From assembly GCA_030704615.1 (NCBI GenBank), contig CM060732.1, positions 5,580,001 to 5,644,000 on the forward strand: DNA of 64,000 nucleotides, written 5' to 3'. Positions 12,961 through 23,410 of this stretch are shown one piece after another (within the stretch, counting starts at the first letter, position 1; the number at the start of each line of letters is the position of its first letter). The stretch comes from Takakia lepidozioides. Its lineage: Eukaryota; Plantae; Bryophyta. The translations under genes and the position numbers were made by a program. The notes under the pieces are model-generated. The model was not told the DNA's origin. It did not search any database and saw only the letters and a list, made by a program, of their open reading frames with translations.

Positions 12961-14544
12961 AGGTCGGCGCGCAAAATTTGGGGGAGAAGATGCAGAAATT
13001 CCTAGGAGGTGAGGTGGACAGTCCCCAAGACGGGATTTTTGAGAGGCATAGTGGAACTGATGCATCACAAAGCTCGGAGGATGAGGGGGATGAGGGGGAT
13101 GAGGAAGAAGGTGGGGCAAGTTCCTCGGAGGGTGTAGGAGAGTAGTGCCCATTCCGGCTATGACAGTTAGAACACACTTGTATAGACGTGGCTTGCCACA
13201 AAATTTGCAATAAAAGCAGCCCCCCCTTGAGGTCCATCTTGCGTGGCAGGTGGCTTACTTGGCTTGTTGTGCGTTGTGTCGCACCATCACCGACACCCTG
13301 CTGTATACGCGCAGTAGGGTCACTAGGCGGTCGGCCCCATTGAGGGAGTGCGTGGGGCGCACTATTTGTGGCCATCGCCTCGCCTTCGTAGACTGGTTGA
13401 TTGGAGTCGGCCCAGGAGAGGACGGAGTCGAGAGTGAGCGTCTCCCACACCCGAGGAGGGCCTGCCGACCATTCTTACCACCGTGGTACTGTCACCGAGG
13501 AACCACGTCATCAACTCTGATTCGTGAGTTGATTTCATCTGGTTCATTGACGCTACTAGACACAGTTAGAGACCGCCCAGTAGAGAGTTCTTTTGTTGCA
13601 TCATCTGCTGTAGCTCGTAGGACACTACCACCGGACCCAGTTCGGTCAATAGTTTTTCCTTTTGGTCTGAGGGTCCCTTGGGCACAGTTGCCTCGTTTAC
13701 CCGCCCGAGTGGTACATGCCGCCTCTTCAGTAGAGAGTGCCCCGAGTGGACTGACTGAGTACACTTCCTCGAAGGAGGAAGAGGACGAGCCCGCCACTAG
13801 TAGCCATCCTAGTGGGTCGGATTAGAGGTCTTTTATCGTTGATCCCGGAACTCCTACTATAGGGGTCCGGACCTCATTTGCTTTGATTGCTGAAGAGTAT
13901 GGTAGTGACGTGCGGGTCAGCACCATTGTACCAAACCAGCACCGTTATATGGGATGATTGCTTATGACAGGACTAACACAGCGGTAGAGGTGGGTCACTA
14001 ATAAGCCAGTGTAGAACCCTGTTTGGGATGTCCTTTGATGAAAATGAAACGCATCCGACACCGATTCTTCCATACACCACGGTCTACCTGAGAACGGATC
14101 GAAGAATATATCCGGTATTTGGGTGAAAAGAAGGTGCATAAGAAACGTTGGAACACCCGAACTCTACCCGACAGCACCACTTAGAATTTCTACTGGTGCC
14201 CAGACAGATTTGTATTTCCGGGTTGTCCCTGTCCAGGTATTTACTTAGGAGCATTACACCCGAGGTCATCATCCGTAGCCCACCTAAGGTGGCAAGTCGA
14301 TTTCTTTACTCACTGTGAGTCTTGTCAGTTCATTGCAAACCAGCACTTGATACTCCGATCGGAGTGCTCGCATTGCGAGGGGCCGTGGCCAATTGGGTAT
14401 CCCTTGATGCACCATAGATTGCACACTGACTCAATACGACAAACAAGACTAGACTATGAAACGTGGCCCGAGCAAGGCATGATGCATGAACAAGAATCAA
14501 ATATGAACTTTATGTATATAAAAAGAGTACATGATCCAACGACG

Positions 14545-14680
14545 CTACCGCGTGAGCCTGGCGCGTGAGCGTGTGAGCGTACGCTCACACAATGATGACA
14601 TGGCGTGAGCCTACGCTCACGCTGCTGACATGGCGCTGATGCTGACGTGGCGTGAGCCTGGTCCAGGTCATGCCACGTCA
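14545..14680. repeat. Short GC-rich repeat cluster (gcgtgagc, gtgagcgtacgctcac palindromes)
   Basis: Repeated cgtgagc and tgacatggcg motifs in both orientations. Confidence 0.6.
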
Positions 14681-14776
14681 CCACAAAGAAGGTGGGCCTA
14701 TAACCGTGGAGCCCCGAACTGCTGATTTCACCACATGAAGGTGAAACGGATGAAGGGTTTTGGGCTTCTGGAGTTC

Positions 14777-15008
14777 AACCTTCTGTTAACAGGAGCTTCA
14801 TTTCGTAGAACTGAAATGAACCTCGTGTCGACACAAGGGGGATTTGGAGAACTTCAACAAAACCTCGTGTTAACACAAGGTTGTTTTCCTGGAACAAAAA
14901 TGAACTTCGTGTTGACACGATGTTGTTTTCTGAGAACTAAAATCATCCTTGTGTCAACACAAGGAGGATTTGGAGAACTTCAAGTAAACCTCGTGTTGAG
15001 ACGAGGTT
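14777..15008. repeat. Six 22-bp palindromes (consensus AACCTCGTGTTAACACGAGGTT) at an exact 42-bp period
   Basis: Units start at 14777, 14819, 14861, 14903, 14945 and 14987. Confidence 0.85.
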
Positions 15009-15190
15009 GATTTGATCATCTGTCTATCTGAAGGTAGTTTCTTGTGTTTGCTAATGAAAAGAGAATGACAAACCAATGCGACAAATGCATTGACCCACGC
15101 ATAGCAAAGATGTTTGACGTCATACATTGAGAGTCACTGGACTTGAATAGTCATTCCATTACAAGTTGTAGTCAAGGAAAACACCGATTT

Positions 15191-17877
15191 TTATGGGCTT
15201 GTATCCCGCTGTAGAAGTGTGTTGACTTCGTTGAAACTCATAGTGGCTTGGTGAATGAAGAAGTCGCGCTTTGGATCACAAACCATCCTTCTCAAGAAGA
15301 CGAAGTAAAGGTGTTTGCACGGTATGAACTTCCCTCTCTTTCCCAAACTACTTGAAAGCATACCAACAAAATCTAGACATGTACAATTGGGAAAATTGGA
15401 AACAGTGATTTCGTACGTCCTGTCCTGCAGCGCAGATGCGGATGAGATCATGGTGAAGACCCGACCATACCCTGGATCAGGCACTTCCATTGTTCCCGCA
15501 ACACGAGCGTGAAGCATTCTGGCGGACTCAATTTTGCCGTAGTGTTCTGCGGTTGGAGGGAATCGTCGAACAAGCTTCCCGTTCCGTCTGGTTGGCCACA
15601 AGTGAGCGTCAGGCGGAGGTACCCGTGAACCGCTTCCACTTGAAGCACCTTCACGTGCAATGGAATGTCTGGCTAGGGAGAAACCCGCCTCTTCCAGCAT
15701 TGCAATCTCTCGGTGAGTGAGACCTGTGCCCATCTTCACAGGCCACACGGTTGGTGGAGTAGGCTTCCTTACCACGGAAGGCCTCACTGTACCATGCACA
15801 CATCTCCCACAATCGTCAGCGCAGAACCAGAACTTGTGGTTCTTTGCCTCGCCTTGTCCGTAAGGGAGAAACAAACCCGTGAATGTAGGAGCTGCAGTGC
15901 GTTCTTTCCCTCTGGAGATTAATGATGTACATTTTTCATGATTGGTGGCCCTGATCGCCGCGCATTTCACACGAGATCCAGCACTTGTGCGTTCTATATG
16001 CCAAACCTCGTCCAAGCCCATGGACTCGATTATATGCGGCACCACGTTGTGGTCTTCAACCATTGCAGTGACAATGCTTGATGCAGGGGTCCGGTTTGGG
16101 CCAGAGTAGCCCTCACCTGTGGATGTTCCGCAATTCCATCTCTGATCCAAGTGAACACGTGGCGTCGAGAAGTTCACCCTGTCCGGCCTATGGGAATCTG
16201 CATCCGATCCGGGAGGGGTGTCCAATTTCCGTTTGCAAGACCCGAATCTCTCTTCGCCTTCCAGATGGGGAACTCTTCCCACGAGAGGGGTGCCATCTGC
16301 ACATATGCTCACTGCCCGCGCTATTTTGCTGGGATCCCCTGATCTTCCAGCTGCCCGCAACATCAACTCGCTCCTGTCCGGACCTTTGCCACCAAGGCCA
16401 CCCCTCAAGAATGACCTATATCTGGTTTGCTGCTGCAGAGCACGAATGAGGTCATCGGCCGTCGCCGCATACAAATCTCTCCCTTTTTTGCCGGATTGTT
16501 GCAACCAGGCATTGTGCACTGTCTCTGCAAGATTGCAAGAAGGCATGTCCGCCATCTCCTCAATGGACATATGCTGCAAGGAAAAAAAACAGAAAGCCGA
16601 TATTAGGATTGGACCCTGAAAGATATATCCGAAGCACCCAAACGAAGGTGAATACAAACCACTCACCGTTGTCATGGCCGCTCCCCACTGTCGGTAACGG
16701 AAGTGCCAAAATGCGAACCAGTCTTGCAGTGCCCTCATGCTGTCCTCCGATGCCGCTCCAGATGAGTACCACCAGGCACGAATTGTCTGGAACAATGTAT
16801 TCGCTTCCCCCATAGTTTTGGCGTCCTTGTACTGGTTGCACAGTTGGCGATGCATAGTCTGCATATCTGGCTTGATGTATGTCTTTGTGTGTTTGTCCAG
16901 GGATTGTGTCCAATGGAAAAGACATGTACGTTCTCTTCCAGGCATTGGCACTTTTGGGTCTCCCGTCCCGAACACAATGCGGACAGCGTTGAAGTTAGCT
17001 TGAGCACTATCGGCCATGAAACCAACGAAATTGGGAGATGGGAGACCATTGGAGGCCATAACTCGAATGAGAGCTTCCCACATGAGCTGTTGTGAATCTG
17101 TGTCCTCTGACTGCATGTCACACACTGCAATTGTCATGACCCGCTGGTACACAGGGTCGTAAACATGACATGCCATTGTGGTCCAGTCTTTAACCCTCTT
17201 GACATGATCGAACATAAGGAAGCAGTTGCCAAGATCACCACCCTTCTGCATACGTTTAACCAGGCTGACCCCGCTGCCCTCACCTTTTGTGGACATTTTG
17301 AACAAGAACACTTTCCTGGCTCCTTGTCCCGGGAAAACGCTGTCTTGGATGTAGTCATACATGCTCCTTTTCTTCAAATCCATAATATTGTCCATATAAC
17401 CTCGGCTCCCAGAGCCCATTCTTAAAGCGTTCACCTGATTCCTAATGTTTGGAGAAGTCAAAGTTGAGAAATGGTCCATAACAGTGTCCAAAGCCGATCC
17501 CTCCAGTATTCCTCCAACCGAATTTGATGCACACAGAATACGGCTTTCCAGAAAGGACTTGCTCGCCCCCATGGCAATTGCAGATGTGGTTCCAGTTGGA
17601 TTGGTATCCAACTCTTGCCTTATCAGACGCGAGACTGTGTCAACGCTCTCCCTATAATCCCCCTTGGACACAGGGTGGTTGTGAAAACCGAAATGGACAC
17701 AGGCTCTAGTCAGGGTTTTGAATCGATGCACCACATAATACATTCTGGCGCCACACAAAGCAAGGCAGCAAGGTGGTACCCTACAGAACTTGCACACAAA
17801 AGTGTTACTGTATGGTGGTGTCCCCCCAGGCTTGAATGGATTCTCACTGACACCATCCCATTCGCTTTGGTTTTGCA
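15191..17877 (-). mobile_element. Mutator-like (MULE) DDE transposase with GCM-like N-terminal Zn domain and C-terminal SWIM finger; 5' part lost in the assembly gap
   Basis: Open 868-codon frame: RACVHFGFHNHP, MFDHVKR (D1), FMADSAQAN (D2), TCLFHW (CxxH), NLAETVH (E), SWIM motif PNCTCLDF...CKHLYFVF; probable in-frame 93-bp intron at 16574-16666 (gtgagt..gcag). Confidence 0.8.
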
Positions 17878-18377
17878 NNNNNNNNNNNNNNNNNNNNNNN
17901 NNNNNNNNNNNNNNNNNNNNNNNNNNNNNNNNNNNNNNNNNNNNNNNNNNNNNNNNNNNNNNNNNNNNNNNNNNNNNNNNNNNNNNNNNNNNNNNNNNNN
18001 NNNNNNNNNNNNNNNNNNNNNNNNNNNNNNNNNNNNNNNNNNNNNNNNNNNNNNNNNNNNNNNNNNNNNNNNNNNNNNNNNNNNNNNNNNNNNNNNNNNN
18101 NNNNNNNNNNNNNNNNNNNNNNNNNNNNNNNNNNNNNNNNNNNNNNNNNNNNNNNNNNNNNNNNNNNNNNNNNNNNNNNNNNNNNNNNNNNNNNNNNNNN
18201 NNNNNNNNNNNNNNNNNNNNNNNNNNNNNNNNNNNNNNNNNNNNNNNNNNNNNNNNNNNNNNNNNNNNNNNNNNNNNNNNNNNNNNNNNNNNNNNNNNNN
18301 NNNNNNNNNNNNNNNNNNNNNNNNNNNNNNNNNNNNNNNNNNNNNNNNNNNNNNNNNNNNNNNNNNNNNNNNNNNNN
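17878..18377. other. Assembly gap (500 N)
   Basis: Run of n. Confidence 1.
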
Positions 18378-20500
18378 GGAAGATGAGCTGAAAAAGAACA
18401 AGCGTTTCAAGAGCTCAAGGCGAGGTGACCTCGGCGCCCATCTTGAGGACGACCTATCAGGGGGCGTCCTTTTCAGTGCATACAGATTGGAGCATCTGGG
18501 GCTTGGAGCGGTGCTCACACAGGTGGATGATGAGGGAAGAGAGTCGTAGTGGCTTATGCTAGCAGCTCGAACAAGCTGCAGAGTATAAGTATAGTTCATT
18601 GAGGGAGAATGCTTAGCTGCAGTGTGGGCCGTGGCACACTTCAGGGGTAATCTATACGGCAATCTCTCACCCTTGTAACGGATCACAACCACTCAAAATG
18701 GTTGATGGAGTCAGAAAGCTTACGGGGAAGCTTGCACGGTGGGGCACTCATCCTCAAGAGTATGACTTTCAGGTGGGTGCATCGACCGGGTGGTTGGTCA
18801 ATCGCAATGCAAGATGGGTTGAGTCGCAATCCATGCACGACCAACAAGATGACAATGGAGTCGGTGGCATGGAGATGGACGAGGAGATGGTGCCCGGATG
18901 GGATGGATCATCTGCATTTCTGTGTATCTGGCAGCGGAAAGGCCAGGTTGGACTGCAACAGGATGACTGTAGATCAAGTGTCTGAGGACCCTGAGGCCAG
19001 CAATGAGCAGTGGTGGCGCCGACAAAGATATACATGAGGATTCAGAGTGGTGTTGACTACCTCCGCACTGGAGACACGGGAGCCACCGTGACTGCCAAGG
19101 AGAGGGATCGGATCCTACAACGAGCCAAGAGGTTCAAGTGGGAGGGGACACACCTGTTCTGAGTGTGGGGATGGTCGAGTGAGGGATTGTGCCTCACCCA
19201 ACACAGCGGGCACGGTTAGTGCGCCATGCCCATGAGGAGTTGGGGCATTTTTGGGGTGCAACGCACTCATAGTCTACGCAGGGGGCAAGTATTGGTGGCG
19301 TGGTATGCACACAGAGGTGCAACAATTTGTGGTAGGTGCATGGGTGTGGACAGGGTGCGTGCTTCATTCAACGCCCCTACTCCACAATTGCACCCTCTTC
19401 CGATCATGGGATTGGGCTACAGGTGGAGTCTTGACTTCGCAGGGCCGTTGCCACTGACATGCGCCACAACAAGTACGTGTTGGTGATGGTGGAGAGCACT
19501 TTTCCAAGTTGGATGAATGGTTCCATTGCCTGATAAGGCTAGTGAGGGAGCTGCGTATGCATTCTTGGATTGTGTGCTTAGCCAATTCGTCTTGCTCCAG
19601 CTGAGGTACTCACGGACCAAGGGAGAGAGTTCTTGGGGGAGTTTCAGGTGTTGTGTGACAAGGCCTTGATAGACCACCGCACCACTTCGGGATCATCCTG
19701 AGGCCGATGGCTTGGCAGAGAGAGTTGTTCAGACAGTAAAGAGGGGTTTGCGCAAGTATGGCTTGCAGAAGGGACACCTAGGAGATTGGGACCTTCAGGT
19801 TCCTGGTTAGCCATGGGCTACAGGTTCAGAAAGCAAGCATCACTTGCCTCCTTTTCACCATACTTTCTTCTCTTTGGCCGAGAGCGGATTTGCCGACATC
19901 CATTTGCAGAAGAAGCTGCTACAGTTCTTAACCTGACGATCCGGAAGTGTGGGCACGTGCATGGAAGCAGCGGTGCAGAGTTGTCAAGAGAGTCATGCCA
20001 TGGCTTTCGAGAACCTTCATTGCACAACACCGTGATACGTTGAGGTATGCGCTACCATACGTGGTGGGGGGCGGTGGGGGTATCGTCCTGGGGTTCGGAG
20101 ATTCAACCCTGGTGATATGTCTATCTGCAGCAAAATGCTCCTACGACCCTGGATGTTGACTGCAGGACGTGTTATTTTGAGGGTTCGAGAGGTCTTGCCC
20201 TCAGGCGTCTTGGTTGGAGGGTCGGGGGATGGCAGAAATGGAAGGACCATTGTGCGTAATTATGAGCCATTGTCACCTTCCGAAGTCGATGGCAGGATGA
20301 CCCAAACTGGCCGTGGTATCTGCAGGTTTGAGGTGCATGTTGTGTGGGTCTGCTAAAGGGGCAGCCACCATGCTGTGTGTGATCGATGCTCTAGAGGTTG
20401 GCATATGGGGCTTGACTCCACCTCTGAGATGGTTCCGGATAGGGATTGGTTATGTCACATTGCATTGGATAGTGGGAGTGGATACAACCATGGAAGACTA
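18378..20500 (+). mobile_element. Degenerate Ty3/Gypsy pol: RNase H, integrase and C-terminal PHD finger
   Basis: TDWS..GLGAVLTQ, EGECLAAVWAVAHF, KLARWAL.L..YDF (RNase H); HEELGHFG, WSLDFAGPLP, GLAERVVQTVKRGL, SFSPYFLLFGRE (integrase); CMLCGS..GAATMLC..C..GWH..LTPPL..GDWLC..C (PHD, ~20330-20465); many frameshifts. Confidence 0.85.
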
Positions 20501-20728
20501 ACAAGAACGCAAGGCCCAGCTACTAGGAGACCTTGAACACACGAGGTCCTGGCTCAAGTCACAGATTGCAAGACGGCGACTAATGATGGGGCTACTCTTG
20601 TACCCGACCTCTTGTCTATAGAGTTTGAGTGCAATAGGGGCAGTGATAGAGGACTTAGTACGGCTGTGGCTATTACATCTTGTAGCTATCTGGAGGTAGA
20701 GGGACCTACCACCAGCTAGGGGGGCGAT

Positions 20729-21262
20729 TGTGGCAGACTACTTTATTGTGCATATATATGTGGTGTGGTTTGGACAACGAGTTGTGTGTGTTGTAGCGAT
20801 ATGTATGCGCACGACAGCTGTCAAGTTAAATAAGAGAGTGTGGAAAACAACTAGAATAAAGAGTTATTTGTATTTAGCACTTGGATTTCGGTCAAGTGTT
20901 AAATCAGTGTGTCAAGTTTAGTTTGCCACTGAACGCCTTATCTTCACGAGAGCGGCAGTCGCGTGGCTCATCTATCTCGAGTTGAGTATGCGCGACCGAG
21001 CTCCTGCATGCGTTTAGATCTGAGTGTACTCATGATGGGAGTGTAGGTTGTTGTGGGGGGGGAGTCCCCATAGATTGGGGTGCCCCTGGCTCGACTCCTA
21101 TTTCAAAGAGTGATGTTGAGGGATTTCATATGAGGGTGTGTGTGAGAGTGTGTGTCCTTTCTAGTTTGCTTATCAATTGTGGCAGACTATTTTATTGTGC
21201 ATATATATGTGGTGTGGTTTGGACAGCGATGTAGTTGTGTAGCGATATGTATGCGCACGACA
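20729..21262 (+). mobile_element. 3' LTR of the Gypsy element, with ~85-bp direct repeats at its two ends
   Basis: Preceded by purine tract agctagggggggcgat; starts TGT and ends ACA; tgtggcagact...gcgcacgaca at 20729-20816 and 21178-21262. Confidence 0.65.
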
Positions 21263-22929
21263 GGGACATGTCATAAACTGAAACTTGTAAGGTCTTGTGG
21301 GACGCCACGCGCGGTCATCATGAGCCACGGGTTTCCAACCTCCCTTGCACCTGAAGAATTCTAAAGATGACGTTGTGAGGCATTTCCGTACCTCCAGAAA
21401 TGCCTTGGCTAACTATTGCGGAGGATGGTGGTAGGCGGCCATTGGTATTCTTCTGTGCAGCCACTAGCAACACGCGGCCTCCACACGACAACACATAAGG
21501 ATCATCTCTTATGCCTCGAGGGCGTCCATGCACATCGAGGTCTGTTGTCACTGACTACGACATGAAGGATGTCCGTAAGAGATTAACCTACTCGATGTTT
21601 GATAATTTTGTTGGAGGTTGAGGCTTCAAACCTTGAGGGCAAAGTGTTTGAAAGCAGTTTTGAAGATCAAAATGCTTAAATCAGAATTTTAGTTGGGGAA
21701 ACCCTGGTAGCATGATGTCAATGGTAGATCTTAATGTAACGTGACTAGATTATCATTCGGGCACAAGGGCCATTGTAATATCGGGTTGGCGTTTCTAAAT
21801 AGGCTCTGAAAGAGTTTGTATCTTGCTTGATCCATGCTCGCAACAGTGTGTCGGAGCTAATGTCCATAGGGCCTTGTCAGTCTGGACACTTGCCCCAAAA
21901 ATACTGCAGCAAACTCTGAAACTGTATTTTTTCCTATGGAAGCAAAACCACCTTAATCCTAGTATTCTGGTGGCACCACCATTTGGATTGGGAGATAAGG
22001 AACAAGTCAAACTGGAAGATACAAATTTTGGGGCCCATTTGATCCAACATATGTTTTCTTTCTCTCTCTATCTACGTCTCTCTGCAGCCCCCTCATCAAT
22101 CACAAGAGGGCTCTCAAGGGTGCGAGTTGGCGGGGCGTGCAAACAATTAAAGTGAGTTAGACCCTCACATATCAAAGCTTAACGAAAATAAAATAAAATA
22201 AAAATAAAATAGTCAAACAAATAAATAAAACTTGAAGATGAAAAGAAAGAAACTTGCCAGAGGCGCATGCTCAAAGGCAACGGTGGCCGAAATTGGAATC
22301 CCGAATGATGTCAAGAGTTGTGCCTTATCTTGAGGAGAGGCTGCTTGCCAAACCAAGCTGAGATTGATACCAGAAGTTGGGCTCGCAGAGAGACGTGGTG
22401 TAGGCCCCATATGTCTTGACTCTTGGGCAGTAATAGTAGGAGACAAAGTACGTGCCCCATTGTGGGGCCCGGGGGGCTCAGTAGACATAAGTTGTGATGA
22501 GGTCCTAGTTGTAATATTCAAGCGAGGGGACCTACGAGCGGAGGGCGTAGATTCAGCCGCGGGTCTCAAAGCGGTTTTCTTCTTTGCCAAGGTATCGCGC
22601 GTTACACGCGGTTGGATTAAAATTGGATTTTCTGGTCTACCTTTCTTCTTCTTTTGAGGGGACTTATCCTTGTCCCCGACCATGTTTGTAAATACAAATA
22701 AACAATTACAATAAACAGAAAGACCCATTCAGAAAAAGATTAAGAGAACTTACACAAAAAGTTAGTGTATTAATATTATTTTTGGTAATACAAAACCAAC
22801 AAAACAAAAACATTAAAAAGAATTGTAAGACAAAATCCATGGACCTCGCAAAGGAAATCAAACACAAAAAAACCACAACACAAGCCCCCATCGGGGGTGG
22901 GGTGGTTGTGAGCTACAACCCCCCTTGCG

Positions 22930-23410
22930 AACATACATAGCCCGTGGGAAGGCGAGATAGACAGGCGGGAGAGGGAGCAAATGAATCAAACCAAAAGAAT
23001 GGAAAAAAAAACCCCCATTGGGAGCGGGGTCGGTCAGTCACAATCTTATCAAGAGGGCTGTGGGTGAGGTGGCCGAGCAGTAGGGCGAGTGCGGAGCAGC
23101 ATGGATGAGCACCAGACGGACCTGCAAGGCCGATTTGGAGTCACCTAAGCAATCAAGCCAAGGAAAATAAAATAAAATAAAACCCATTAGGGGAGAGTCT
23201 GCTGCAAGCTGAAGCATCCCTTGCGCACATACACATGCTGTGGGAAGGCAAGACATACATGTGGGAGAGAGGGAGCAAAGATCAAGCCAAAGAATTGGGG
23301 AAAATAAAAACCCCATTGGGGGCGGGGTCTGTCAATCACAGCCTTACCAAGAGGGGCGCGGGTGAAGTGGTCGAGCAGTAGGGCGAGCGCGGAGTAGGGC
23401 GAGCCTCGCT
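22930..23410. repeat. Degenerate direct repeats (aaaaccccatt(g/a)gggg.., gtgggaaggc, gagcagtagggcgag)
   Basis: aaaaccccatt motif at ~23010, 23180 and 23310; gagcagtagggcgag at ~23075 and 23373. Confidence 0.5.

Larger units (their letters stand above)
10150..13226 (-). mobile_element. Non-autonomous, internally deleted inverted copy of the 37.7-49.1 kb element
   Basis: 10150-10450 is reverse-complement similar to 45.5-46.3 kb; 10860-11800 to 44.6-45.3 kb; 11800-12900 shares motifs with 40.3-41.0 kb; 12980-13214 is the reverse complement of ~37805-38050; ends in agcagccccccc, the reverse complement of ggggggctgct at 37666. Confidence 0.75.

Noticed and set aside
10002-12962. Many overlapping ORFs with MEIRRRISI / GWKFGAEFP repeats (also at 40.3-41 kb and 44.5-46.4 kb)
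   Set aside because: Translation artefacts of palindromic repeats, appearing in all frames on both strands
13250-14330. Decayed ORF-like sequence between the derivative element and the transposase
   Set aside because: Fragmented and unrecognisable; cannot assign strand or product
17615-18692. Long ORFs containing X runs
   Set aside because: Produced by the N gap
21263-21560. Possible 5' remnant of the 15.2-17.9 kb transposase beyond the Gypsy insertion
   Set aside because: Position and strand fit, but similarity to the paralogue N-terminus is too weak to call by eye
22213-22728. 171-aa basic, low-complexity ORF
   Set aside because: No domain evidence; may be TE-derived but unsupported
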